Both the position numbers and the translations under genes were made by a program. From contig NW_024704743.1 of NCBI RefSeq assembly GCF_018977255.1, forward strand, positions 7,008,001 through 7,072,000: 64,000 nucleotides of DNA, given 5' to 3'. Below are positions 12,639 to 25,300 of this stretch, one piece after another. The stretch comes from Callorhinchus milii. Lineage: Eukaryota. The first letter of the stretch is position 1. Each line of letters opens with the position of its first letter. The notes under the pieces were generated by a model. It was not told the origin of the DNA and did not search any database. It saw nothing but the letters and a program-made list of their open reading frames with translations.

Positions 12639-13254
12639 CAGAAACCAGCCCAAGATGAGAGGGAGGTGGTGGGGGGGGTCTCAGCCGCACACTTTCATCA
12701 GCTTACAAAACCCACATTTTTATCAGAGGGTAAGTGGAGTGCTGTCCTTGCACAGTTATAGAAATCATATTTTTTTAGTAGAAAAAAAGTAATTGGAATA
12801 GGTTTCAGGAGGTTAGTATTGCTCCAGGTGACAGTGAAGAGGAATTTGTCAAGCTTTTGTAGAATTTAGTAAAGGCCCTGAGAAATTAAATTCATGTTCA
12901 GCTCTATTCAGAAATTGGTAGTTGAGATCAAGTATCCACTAAGAGCTGGTTGTGTCCAGGAAGTCGATGTTCCTAATTGGATGCAGGATTTATCTTGATG
13001 ATGAGAGAAATTTAGCAACTGTTTAGAATAATGGGTAATAACGCTTTAAACGGGGATCTACTATATAATGGAGAACCATTTGACTATAAAGTTGTAGGTG
13101 TGAGTTGTGCTCAACTCTGAAGAAGATTAGCAAAGTTCACAAATTGCTGAAAAATAGCTGTGAAGAATTAACTATTAATTACTAACCCTGCATTTGGCTC
13201 AAATGTTCCTGTGTTACATGTTATCTTCAGTGCTCCAACTGTGTGTGTTTTTAG

Positions 13255-13470
13255 ACATTAAGTGAGAATAGGGCCAATTAGCTCCTCAAGCCTGTTCCGC
13301 CATTCTATAAGATCATGGCTGATCTGGAGCTCAACTCTAATTTTGCCTTTGCCCCATATCCCTTGATACCCTGACCTAACAAATATCTGTCCACTTCAGT
13401 CTTGAAAATTTGAATGGACCCAGCAACACCACACCCCTTTTCAGGTAGAGAGTTCCAGATTTCCATTATC
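13255..13470 (-). mobile_element. CR1 LINE 3' fragment
   Basis: Reverse strand encodes EIWNSLPEK...IFKTEVDRYLLGQGIKGYG and carries the agatcagccatgatctt 3' UTR motif. Confidence 0.8.
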
Positions 13471-13837
13471 CTTTGCCTGTCTGTGAGAGAGAAAATTGAC
13501 AAAATAATAGAATGTGATGAATTTCATGATAAAATAAACTGAATTTGACCAACAATTTTATACTCTAATTTGTGAACTTGAAATGTCATTTGAGATGTAA
13601 TTGAAATTATTTTAAAAAAAATTCTAATTCCTGGATTGATTTTAAGGTTTTACTAAGTAAAATAAATATTTCAAGTTTAAAAACACCAAATGTGTAGCTC
13701 AATGCCATCACAGAATGCTTCTCTTGCAGCAGTCTGACATCTGGTGGAATATGAGAGGACTGCAAATGACAAAATGTTTGTTTAGAGTGCCAAAATAACT
13801 TGTAGGTTCAGCTGTATTAGCTACTTCTGATCTTATA

Positions 13838-14035
13838 ACAATAATAATCCTTGCATTTGATATAGCGCTTTTCATGTCGGGAGGACGTCCCAAAGCGCTT
13901 CACAGAACACACTGTAAAGTGAATTGACTATATTTGTGGGCGAACGCGGCAGCCAATTGCACACAGCAATGTTCCACAAAGAGTCGTAGATTGAAAATGA
14001 CCAATTTTATTATTGTTTTTGGTTTGGAGGGATTT
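13838..14035 (-). mobile_element. tRNA-derived SINE, 3' part
   Basis: aataataatccttgcatttgatatagcgcttttcatgtcgggaggacgtcccaaagcgcttcacag. Confidence 0.88.
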
Positions 14036-14524
14036 TTTGTATCTGGGCGACCAGAAGTGTACACAGTACTCTAAATATAGCCTCTTATAGGATCTTACTT
14101 TGCTGCTCACCCATTTACACTGGATAGCACACTTCTATAATATACATATTCAGTACTTTACAAACTTTACGTGGTTTTGTATCATCCTCAATAAAAATAT
14201 TTTCTGCAACAATGTCTTTAAGTGAAGATATAGTAGCCTTGTTGTGGAAATGTGGTCTTTATGTGTTTTGGTATTGCATTTTGCAAAGACTACATACTGA
14301 ATCAGTGTTCAGATTGACCATGTGTAGTTTTATGACATGGAAACAAATTGATAAGTAAGCTAAAATTCTTTGTATAATATAAAGAAAATTTTGGGCAAAG
14401 TTGCTTACAGGCTCCTCTCAACAAGGATTAAATTATGGTTCTGGGCTTGTCGATAGTAAATTTGAAAACTGCAGTTTGTTTATAGTTGTGCATACATATG
14501 TGTGTGTGACATATAAAATTAATA

Positions 14525-15006
14525 AAAATTTGGTGACTCAATCCACGACTGTTTGTGGCACACTGCTGTGCGCAATTGACTGCTGCGTCTCATCCACAAA
14601 ATATACAGTCAATCCACTTAACAGTATATTCGGGGAAGCGCTTTGAGATGTGTCGAAGATGTGATATCAAAATGCAAGGATTATTATTGTATGGATTAAT
14701 TCCTCTTAATTATAAACTTTACTCTGCCTCCATGATAAATATTCTCTGAATGCAGTTTTCCCCGGCTACCAGTCATACAAGGCCTCCTTTAGATATTGCA
14801 CCCGTTTTTCTCCTATCATTTTTAGCAATTCAATCACTGTACCCAAGGGAGATGTTCCACACTATTTACGATGATTAACGTGAATTGCTGCGTTTTGCCC
14901 ACATAATATTGCAGTCAATTCACTTTACACTATATTCTGTGAAGCGCTTTGAGACATCTGGAAGACGTGATAGGGCGCTGTACCAAATGCAAAGATTATT
15001 ATTATT
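14525..15006 (+). mobile_element. Two tRNA-SINE 3' fragments (~14525-14690 and ~14875-15006)
   Basis: Both carry the family body and end in atgcaa(g/a)gattattatt. Confidence 0.8.
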
Positions 15007-15247
15007 GAGTACCTTGTACTTTGGAGGCCTTGTTATATTTTTACATGGTTATACGGGTTGACTGTTGTAGTTTTATTTTTTTCAATTAAGTGCTCTGATT
15101 AGTGCTGCTTCCTGGCTTCATTGTTGCCATATCTTAACTTAATACTTTCCTGGACAGGTTTGTGAAACTCGTAACTTAATCCAGAGACTGCATTCTTGGA
15201 GAAAAGGATAGCAGTTTGTTAAAATTAATACATCATAACTTAATGCA

Positions 15248-16385
15248 TCTCTCTCACCGTCTCCACTTTGTTGCCTCTAACGGTTTCTCCTCCAGCCCCC
15301 GCACTGTCACGTCTGGCGATCCCCAGGGCTCTGTCCTTGGTCCTCTCCTCTTTAATATCTACATGCTCCCCCTTGGTGACATCATCCGCAGACATGGGGT
15401 CATCTTCCACATGTATGTGGATGACACACAACTCTATCTTTCTGCCTCCACCCTCAACTCCAGGTCCAGTGCTGTCCTGACAGACTGCCTGTCGGACATC
15501 AAGTCCTGGATGAGGGCAAATTTCCTACAATTGAATGTGAACGAGACTGAGGCCCTCCTGATTGGCTCGAGCCAGTGCCTCAGCACCTCAGGCTCTGGCA
15601 CCATCAACCTCCATGGTTGCACATTTCAACTCACCAGCCAGTCAGGAACCGAGGTGTCTTGTTCGACCCTCAACTGTCTTTTCTTCCCCACATCCAAGCC
15701 ATGACCCGCTCTGCCTTCCCTCACCTCCGTAACATTGCCTGACTCCGTCACTACCTCACCCCTAAGGCCACTGAAACTCTTGTTCATGCCTTCATCACCT
15801 CCAGGCTCGACTATGCAAACTCCCTGCTTGTCGGCCTTCCCAACTCCTCCCTCCACAGGCTGCAGATAATCCAGAACTCTGCAGCCCGTGTCCTCTCCCG
15901 CACCAAACTCCGTGACCCCATCTCCCCCATTCTCACCCGACTCCATTGGTTCCCTGTCCTTCAGAGATTCAGTTCAAGATCCTGGTCCTCACTTACAAAG
16001 CCCTCAATGGTCTCGCCCCACCCTACCTCTGCGACCTCCTAACCCCCTACCAACACATTGGTTCCCTCCGCTCAACTGGCTCCGGCCTGCTCCACGACCC
16101 CCGACCCACCCGGCCCACCATTCTCGGGAGAGCCTTCAGCCACTCTGCCCCCAACCTCTGGAATTCCATCCCCCGATCACTCCGCCTCGCCCCCTCCTTA
16201 GCCTCCTTCAAGTCCCACCTCAAAACCGTCCTCTTCAACCATGCCATCAGCCACCCCCCTTCCCCTCCCCACCCCCCACCCCCCGACCCGAGCTCGGGTC
16301 TGAAATGCTGTACACTATCCAGCGCCTTGGGACGTCCTCCCGACTTGAAAGGCGCTATACAAATGTAATCTTCTTGTTGTTGTTG
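15248..16385 (+). mobile_element. L2 LINE, 5'-truncated, RT C-terminal half to 3' tail, frameshifted
   Basis: [38 protein letters not shown] (RT motifs) and FKILVLTYKALNGLAPPYL; tail cttgggacgtcctcccgacttgaaaggcgctatacaaatg(ttg)n. Confidence 0.93.
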
Positions 16386-16499
16386 AGGCCTGAAAGGAGA
16401 CATTGGAGGCAGTTTTCTATTCACCCTCATTCAATCAGATTGCAAATATCTTGATCCTTCTGGACTCCCCTAGAATACTTTATTTGGTATGGGGGAACT

Positions 16500-16920
16500 T
16501 ATGAATCAGGTATTTACGGAGTCCAGGCTGGGAACATGTGAGCATTATATTATGGCAACACTTGGATTGATAGATTCCACATATCTACGTTGTTAAATTT
16601 CCAGGTGACAGTAAACTAATTTGAATCATGGTAATGAATGCAACTTGAAAGTAAAATATTAGGCAGATGTATTCTGTGTATGTGATGGAGTGTGCCAAGA
16701 GGAAAGTTGAAAGAGACTTGTTGACTTCTAAAGATATGAAGAGGGGTAAACAAAATAAACTGAATGTTGACTTATTTTGCCAATCATTTTAGTTCAAATG
16801 TATCCAACAGAAGTGAAGTGTCTATGGTCTATTCCTATTGTATTGAAATTTCTATATATAGATGCGATGCATGATATTCAAGCACAATGATGGTCAGACA
16901 CCTAGCAAGATCAGAAAAGG
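16500..16920 (+). mobile_element. Highly degenerate CR1 RT remnant
   Basis: Decayed motifs aaatttccaggtgacagtaaact (KFADDTKL-like), ggcagatg, gaaagagactt and tggtcagac, in CR1 order. Confidence 0.45.
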
Positions 16921-18040
16921 TTCCCAGCCAAATAACATGACCAGATTGGGAATGAAACAATGGAACACCTGAGAAGTCTTGCTTCTCAAGCAAAGCGATG
17001 GAAACGGAGTAAAAAAAAGTGGCATTCACAAATTCCACTGCAACATTATTGGAACTAGATTTTATCTATTGTAGTTTGTATCTGTGTGGAGTTCCCAAAG
17101 CTTGGTGTGGCACTCTTCTGATTACCAGTAATATCCAATGCAATTCCAGTTGGGAGTATTGTGTTTTGTGACACCAGTATCTCTTATTGCAAACAAATGC
17201 CCCAATATATGAGCTGGCACCAAGAATCTACCTCTCACCAGTTTGGTTATTCAAAAGGCATTCTTTCAAGGCCATAATTAAGATATTCTGATCATAGTTA
17301 ACAACAGCCATCTTGACCATAATTAAGATCTTGTGGCTCTGTGAAACCTCTACTAATGACTTAGGAATTAAAGGAAGAAATCAGTTCTTGTGCTGGTGTT
17401 ACTGAATTTCTCTTCCTTCCATTGAATGAGGCCTGTTCAGTCCTGAATTATCCGAAGCAGCATAACCTCCGTGAAATCAGCTTGGTGCACTTCTCTATAA
17501 CATTTTTTTTCACAAAGATTGCCTTCATGATCCAAGTCTTTAAAATAATGACCATTAGCTGATGCAAACACAGTTGTGATCATGCTATTTTATTTATTTA
17601 GTATAACGAGCACTAGATTTCAAATTTAAAGAGCCTCAAACGCAAATAGAGATGAGAAGGCATTCAAGCACCCATTCCTTTCCTACTGAGAGGCACGTGT
17701 GTGCTTACAAGAAAAATAGTAAATATTTTCTATTGGTCGATTTTTTAAAAAATTGGATAAATATCTGCTTGAAAATGATATTGGAGGTTGGAGGAATGGG
17801 TATAGCCTAAGATGAATTACTATCCTATGGGATAATGGGGGAAGCAGGAGAAATTTGACTGGACGTGGTTTGAGTAAAAGGATAAAATATTTTGAAGCGT
17901 TTGCTTGATTTACTTTGGGAATCGGCATATAAACATTTTCGTCCAAGGAATGGGGGGTTGAAATCCAAAATAGGGTAGATTTTACGTGGTTTGGGAACGG
18001 AGTAAAGTAAATTGGCAAAACCTGTTTGATGCTTTCTTTG

Positions 18041-18415
18041 AGTCTTATACATCAGTGGTTAGAGGACTCACCTCGCAAGCAAGAGATCTGGATTTGATTC
18101 CTAGGCAGATCGAAATGTTGGGCAAGTTTCCTTACTCCACATTCCCCTGTTTATCTAGCAGTAAGTAGGAACCTGGTTGTTAGTCATTTTTCCGGGGATG
18201 ATAATCCCCAAAACCGCTCCCCCCTCTCCCCCAAAAAATTCATGCCTGTCTTTACCTAGCAATAAGTAAGAACCTTGTTGTTAGCCGATTGGCTGCTGCG
18301 TTTTGTCCACAAATATACAGTCAAGTCAATTCATTTTACAATATATTCTGTGAAGCACTTTGAGACGTCTAGAAGACGTGAAAAGCATTATGTCAAATGC
18401 AAGGATTATTATTAT
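18041..18415 (+). mobile_element. Near full-length tRNA-derived SINE
   Basis: Head cagtggttagaggactcacctcgcaagcaagag, internal duplication of the ttatctagcagtaagtaggaacc segment, and tail atgcaaggattattatt. Confidence 0.85.
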
Positions 18416-18492
18416 ATGTTGTATCCACCTTTTGTCAAGCTTGCAGATCTTTTATTCTCATTTTTCCACCTTTATATCCTTTAATAATTCTT

Positions 18493-19458
18493 TGATCTAG
18501 ATGAGGACATTGAATGTAACGTATCTAAATTCGCGGATGACACTAAACCAGGTGGGAGAGTAAGCTCTGAGGATGATGGAAAAAGATTGCAATGGGATAT
18601 AGATAGGCTAGGGGAGTGGGCGAATAGGTGGCAGGTGGAATTTAATGTGGGGAAGTGTGAAGTTATTCACCTAGGTAGAAAAAATAGAAAAACAGGTTAT
18701 TTTCTAGAGGGGGAGAGATTAGATAGTGTTAGAGTGCAGAGGGATTTGGGTGTCCTTGTACATCAGTCTCAAAACGTTAGTTTGCAGGTGCTGCAAGCAA
18801 CTAAGAAGGCGAACGGCATGTTAGCGTTCATTGCAAAGGGTTTAGAGTACAAGAGTAGGGAAGTCTTGCTGCAACTGTACAGGGCCTTGGTGAGACCACA
18901 CCAAGAGTATTGTGTGCAGTTTTGGTCTCCTTATTTAAAAAAGGACATACTTGCCTTAGAGGGGGTGCAGCGTAGATTCACTCGGTTAGTTCCTGGGATG
19001 AGGGGACTGATCTATGAGGATAGGCTGAATAAACTAGGGCTATATTCTCTAGAGTACAGAAGAATTAGGGGAGATCTTATTGAAACAAGATTCTTAAAGG
19101 GCTGATAAAGTAGGCACTGAGGGTCTGTTTCCCCTGGAAGGAGAATCTATAACCAGGGGTCACAGTCTTAAAATTAAGGATCAGCCTTTTAGAACAGAGT
19201 TGAGGAAACATTTCTTCACTCAGAGGGTAGTGAATTTATGAAATTCACTACTCCAGAAGGCTGTAGATGCTCAGTCCTTGAACATCTTCAAGGCTGAGAC
19301 TGATAGATTTTTTTAAAAAATAGAGGGATTAGGGGATATGGGGATAGGGCAGGTAATTAGAGTTAGGTCAGAAGATCAGCCATGATCTTATTGAATGGCG
19401 GGGCAGGCTCGAGGGGCCGAATGGCCTACTCCTGCTCCTAATTCATATGTTCTTATGT
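18493..19458 (+). mobile_element. Young CR1 LINE, 5'-truncated
   Basis: SKFADDTK, WQVEFNVGKCEVIHLG and LYRALVRPHQEYCVQFWSP; 3' UTR ggggcaggctcgaggggccgaatggcctactcctgctcct with tatgttct repeat tail. Confidence 0.95.
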
Positions 19459-19899
19459 AATAGCTTTGCTTTTCACAAATCTTATCAATTGGAACATTCC
19501 TTCGATCAACTTATATTGATTGAGATGACCTACCACCAACAATCACTTCACTTCATTCATATAGGGCCGTTCGTGTAAGGTAATGTCCCAGAGTGCTTCA
19601 CACATTTAATTCCATAAAAGCTTTTGTTAAAATGCACAAGGCCAACCATCATTTTCCAGTTTTCAGAAGAGTGCAGAGTATTTGCTTTCATATAGAGGTT
19701 GAGGAGGAGTTTGCAACCTCCTGAAAGAGTTCTCATATTTGTGAAAGTTATGGATACACTTTATAGCTTCATAACTAAAGTTTGAAATAAAGGGTGTTTT
19801 TGACATGGTATGTAAACATTTTTTAAGTTTCCAAAAATTGCTGATCATTGATATTCACTTTTTCAAACGCTCAACTTTATTTTCAAATCAAATTTACAG

Positions 19900-20027
19900 G
19901 CATCGCGATTGCGAGAAGAAGCCCACAACATGGGAAGCATTCACATATCTGAAATTTGTACTGAGCTTAAAAATTTAAGGTCTTTGGTTCGAGTATGTGA
20001 AATTCAAGCAACCTTGCGTGAGCAAAG
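19900..20027 (+). CDS. WAC: WAC penultimate coding exon (128 nt, coiled-coil region)
   Basis: Acceptor aatttacag|G and donor AAAG|gtaagt. Translates [42 protein letters not shown](R), in frame with the previous exon (phase 0). Confidence 0.97.
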
Positions 20028-20887
20028 GTAAGTGACTCATTTGGACACCTGTGAACCTTTCTGCAACTTTTGCAGCCATTTGTAGAATCCACGGCCAGGT
20101 AGCCGCATGGAAGATGCTTTGCTTTTGTCCGTTGTGTCTTTGATGTCAGTGTAGCAAAGTGGAATCATATTTTACACTAAAGATCTTCAGAATACATGTT
20201 TGAATCCGTATTTGGAGAAATAACGTCTGCTGGTGAAGCCACATGAACGTCTGCTGGTGAAACCTCAGATGATGTATTTTGTATTGGTTTCACCAACAGA
20301 AGTTGAGAAATGAAGGAGGCCTACCTCCTACAGCAGACTGTCAAGTTTAAATTGGACTCTCCTTCCATTGGTTGGGGGTTGGGTCTGTTTTTTTAGTATA
20401 GCAAAAGAGCTCAGAAGATTGCGAAGAAAAGCTTGCTTCTAGTCCTGGGCGTTGTTGTTGGTGTGTTGTTTTTTAACATGAGCATATTAGCTGTACTATT
20501 TCTTGAAAAAGAACACAATTACAGGCATTGCTAAGAGGATGGTTGGACATTGGTGAGCTGCTGGCTCATGTTAACTACTGCAAATTTTACCAGACTACCT
20601 GTGTCTTATGGTTTACAGACATTGAAATGAATGAATGTTCTGAGGAGAAAAGTGGATATTCTCCAACCACACGTCAAATACTTTAAATCTGTTCTGTTCA
20701 TAGTCTTGAATGCGCTACATCTTGTTTTGTAAAAATCCGTTCATCTCTTGTTTGTTACAACTGCACGTAGCAGCTTATCATTCAAAAAACTATATGACAC
20801 TTTTGCTGATGTTTTCCACTTATTTACTGCAAATGCCGTCTTAATGTGGTAACTTATCTGTTTCTCCATCCCCCTTTTTTTTTGCAG

Positions 20888-20957
20888 GATACTGTTTTTG
20901 AGACAACAAATTAAAGAACTTGAAAAACTGAAGAATCAAAATTCCTTCATGGTGTGA
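20888..20957 (+). CDS. WAC: WAC last coding exon to stop codon
   Basis: Polypyrimidine tract then ttgcag|G, phase 2 join completing AG|G. Translates (R)[22 protein letters not shown] with TGA at 20955-20957, the known WAC C-terminus. Confidence 0.97.
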
Positions 20958-22350
20958 GACTTGGGAAGAAATTGCACATGGTTTAAAGCCAGGGACTGTA
21001 AACGTTTGCCCAGTCTTAAAAATAAAATTTGAGCTACGTTTAAGAAGGCTTTGGACCTTGGGGCTGGGCAAGGGAGATGAATGGGAGGGATGGGGTAAAA
21101 GGAGGATTCTGATTCAGGGGAGACACGTGCTTGATTTGTAAACCCTTGAAATGTAGATTTCTTGTAGATGTAATCTTCACGTTGTAAATATGTTTTGTAG
21201 AGTGAAGCCATGGGAAGCCATGTGTATCAGAGCTTTGACATCTGAACTAATCAATGCTGAGGTGGCTAAATACCTAGCCTTTTACATGTTAACTTGTCTG
21301 CAAACTAGCTTTGGTAATTTTCATCATTCAGTGATACACAATTCCTAGAATACTGGCACGAGCCAGTGTGCACCACAGGCTGCAACAACTGGAACAGTAT
21401 GGTCAATGTACAAATTAGCATGGAGCACCTTCAGATTCCACAGACCCAGTCAGGATCAACTCTGCAGACAGCTTTCTTCATTGCAAGGCAATTATAATTT
21501 TTTTTCTTAAGGCATTGTGGCCAAGCACTTTGGGTTCACCAACTTTTCATTCCTCTGTACAGCAGTTTATAAGTGATGTGCTGTTGTATGAAAAAAAAGC
21601 AGATTGTTGCAGTGGGTACAGTACAAACCACTTCTTGTATGCATACCTAATTGCTGTGTATTTGCATTTATGCCCTGTTTTTTTTAAAAAAAGAACGGGA
21701 GCAGAAATTTTGCTACAGGGCATGTGTGTATTTATTTAGCGGCTGAAGCCCATTCAAAAAATAGTGGCAGAAGCCCAATGTTGTTTGCTAACATAGTTGA
21801 CAATGGAGGAAAGCTGGTCAGTCAATGAAAAGATGTATGTAATTATAATAAACTTTTGTTGTTTAAAGCACTGGGTACCCTTCTTTTTATTCAGCTGCTG
21901 CATATAGGAAGCTGAACTGCTCTGGCAAAGCCTGATTGGGAGTAATCCTTGTTGGATGCTTGTTTTTCTTTGTATAGAACCCTAGATCTCAAGAAGAGAA
22001 CATTTTGTGCAAATATGTTTGACAGAAGAACTTTTTTTTTCTTTTGTAAGTGATTCAGCGAATAAAACAAAAATTTCAACAAGGATTTTGGATTTCTTGC
22101 CTGTAATTGGCTTGTGTAAAGTCTTGGTTTACCTGTATGCTATAATGACACATTTAATTTGAAGGATGTTTGTGTTGTAGCTATAACTGTGCAAGTAAGG
22201 TGCTGACTGCTGTTCTTTTGCCATCACAGTGCGCTAGATCTGTAATTTGAGCATATCACCGTCATCTGAAGATGATGGAAGAGCTCAGCTTTGTATATTG
22301 TTTCCTAAAGTGTATAAAAAAATAAAACTATGCTACCACCGGACACGTTC
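20958..22350 (+). other. WAC: WAC 3' UTR (3' end approximate)
   Basis: Repeat-free, AU-rich sequence after the stop. AATAAA hexamers at ~21021, ~21848 and 22321; the last is followed by a U/GU-rich tract. Confidence 0.75.
22321..22326 (+). terminator. Likely main WAC polyadenylation signal
   Basis: AATAAA with an upstream TGTA and a downstream ttttctttcatgtgtaggtttt U/GU-rich element. Confidence 0.6.
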
Positions 22351-25300
22351 ACTTTTCTTTCATGTGTAGGTTTAACTGGATTTGTCAAATAATTTTGCTT
22401 ATTTCTGAATGGTTTTGTCCCATTAATAAAAAAAAAGGTTTTAGATTAGGTAAATATTTTAATGGTAAAATTCCAAGGAGCCTTTTGAGAAACAGATTTA
22501 CTGCTCTACAATATTTTGATTCAATTTGTAGTTTTATTTTTTGATAACTTCTCTGAATATGGTCACAGGTTCATGACCTTTTTAATGGAAACTGATAATT
22601 GAAAATGGTAAAATGAAACTGGTATTTGAAAATACTTTGAATGGATTAGTGTGTTCCACTTCATACAAGGTCCAATCCAAACTTGCTCCATGGCAACATT
22701 TTCTTTCATGTGATTCTAGTTAAATAGTTAAGATTTATTCATAGAAGCCCCAGAACTGTATTGCACATTGATGGTGATGCAGAATTTATCGGCTTTGTTG
22801 TACAAATTAATTGTCTGAACGAAAAGTCACGCACACCAGTTAGATTGCTAGTTGTTTGACTGAAATTTTTCTACTGTTCAATGGATATTTCCTGAGTCGG
22901 TTATTTAATTTTGGCAGGAACACACTTTTTCAGCATTGTTCATACTGGAGCTGTTTGTATCCTTTTTGTTGCCTCTCCTTTTTGTGTTGTTTTGTTTGTA
23001 TTTGGCCTTTTTATTTTTTTTAAAAAAGTGAAAGTTGCTGAGGACCATTGATTTTATGGGAGATTGCACTCCTTGAATGTCAGTTATTCCTTTCAATTTA
23101 GTTTTAACTTGTTTGATGACTCATTGCATTTCATGGTTCCTTTTGAAAAGTGGTGTGCTAATAAATGTTTGTTGGTCATTTGATCAAACTGGTTGGAAGT
23201 GCAATACCGCAATTAAGCGACTGTTCGAAATGAGCAGTGTGTGACTATTTGCAGAAGATTGTGAAAATGGAGGGAGGACTGCCCCAGAGGGCATTACAGG
23301 CAATTGGGCTGTTTAAAAGGGAGATGGAAAGACACTTGGAAAGTTAAGGAGTTAAGACAGAAAATTTTGATTTAAAAATGTCATGTTCTAATAAACCAGA
23401 GGGGGTAGAGAATGTGCTCAATGGGCTGAATGACTATTATGTTTCTAGTTAGTAGTAAATCCCTATTTTAAAGTTATTGTTAGAATTTATTAATTAAAAT
23501 AAGTTTGGGAATTTAATGACTTTTTCAATGGCTTTACTTGATTGGCATGTGGATAAACTCAGCTTGGGTACTAACCTTTCAAAAGGAACGAGACTATTCC
23601 TTGACAACTTATATAATTCAGTTTGTTAAATATATCGAAGTAATCGATTAGTCTTTTGATGTTTAATATGCTATTAAACTTTGTTTTGAAGCAAGATTTT
23701 ATGAGCGAATTCTATCAAGCATTGGTTGCTGTTTCTAATAATGATTTTCCTGAGGGTTGTCCATGTGTCTGATCTCTGCAAGCCAGTTGATTTTTTATTA
23801 TCCAGTACATGGTAATGGTGACTCAGAGGTTTATGGATGAATGTTTCCTTACGAGACCAATTGGTAAAGCTACTGCCTATTGTGGAATTAAGCCACAAAT
23901 CTGAAATATTAATGTTCATTATAAAAAGCAGATGCTTAATCATTGAGATCCTTTGACTAATGTAACAGGACATAAGTAAAAAGAATGACCACAGAACTCT
24001 GTAGGGAGAACTTTCATGGGGGTTTAAGTCAGTATAATATTCAGAAATGTAGATCAAAGAGAAGGTTGACAAGTGATTTGGGAGCATTTGAAGAGACACT
24101 GTCTGCTGGTGAAGACTGGACAGTTTCAAGCCTGAATCTACCCAGAGTTGTGGTCTATACAAATGTAGTAGACAGCCAATGCTCTGAACAACATGGGTCA
24201 CCTGCCCTTGGAAATGATTCAAATTCAATTCTAATTGTATTCTGAAATTTAGCTATTGTGTGTGAGATGTGTAATATGACCTTAAATACCTTAATAAACT
24301 TGGGTGGTGTTAGCCTCTTTTATTTTAAATGTTGTACTAAGATATTTGTAAGCCCTCTTCCCCTAGGTTCACCAATTTCTGGGGCCTCATCTGTTCAGGG
24401 CCACTTATTAATCACATTCCTTCAACAATATAATAATCCTTAGATTTGGCATTGTGCCTTTCAAATGTAAAGTCTGGGGTTTGAACCCACAACTTTTTGA
24501 CTCTTGGTGATTGTGCTACCAACTGAGTTATACACTAAAAGATGAAATGTATTGCCAGTCAAGGATGAGATTCGAACATGAGCCCTCTGATTAGCCAGAA
24601 ATAATTCTATATGATAATGCATGTCTTCCCAGCAGCAAATAAATTGATAATTTTTTCCCCGAGTTCTTATTTTCCTCAGGTACAACGTAAATTCTAAGTT
24701 AGGAGGATAGAATTTTAAAGCAAGAGAATCAGATTCTCAATCTATCAGACTTCTGATTCTGTTTTGAGTCTGAGGGTTTTCCCCATCATTTATCCACATC
24801 AATTTATTTACAGATATGAACTGTTGACTTGCAAAAACTTTACATAGTAATTTGGACTTTTGTTTTCTCTAACCATTTAGTTTCTGAAATGTTGGATAAA
24901 TTGTAGACAGCCTTCTGTTGATAGACGTGTACGGTATTAATTTGTCAGCCTGGTTTCATGTCAGTTGATGATGCTCTTATGTCAGAAGGTTGAGTTTTGC
25001 TTCAGCCCTAAGTTAAAACTTTGAACTCATAGTCCAGGCTTACACTTCAGTGCAAGACTGGGTCAGTGCTGCATTCCGTCTTGATTTCACACCAGTCGCA
25101 AACTTGTTTGGAAAATAGTTTCACGCTTCAGAAAAAGACTTGAAAATTGGTCATTAAAATGGTGCAATGTGTACCTCTGGTGTATAATCCTCAATAAAGA
25201 GTGGGTAAATTGTGTGTGGAAAAAATCCCTTTTTGACAAAATAATAGTGAACTCTTTATCTGAGGTGTAGGATTTTCTACCCTTAAACGTTGAAATAGTT

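Noticed and set aside
12993..13125. Box C/D snoRNA candidate (ATGATGA ... CTGA) in a WAC intron
   Set aside because: The terminal stem is weak and mis-spaced, and I could identify neither C'/D' boxes nor an rRNA/snRNA guide.
20222..20261. Short direct repeats with spacer as a CRISPR-like array (also 26246-26304)
   Set aside because: Only two units, very short spacers, vertebrate context and no cas genes.
23674..24245. 184-aa (-) and 86-aa (+) ORFs just downstream of WAC
   Set aside because: No recognisable protein. The plus strand looks faintly like a very decayed CR1 ORF2 segment, too weak to call.
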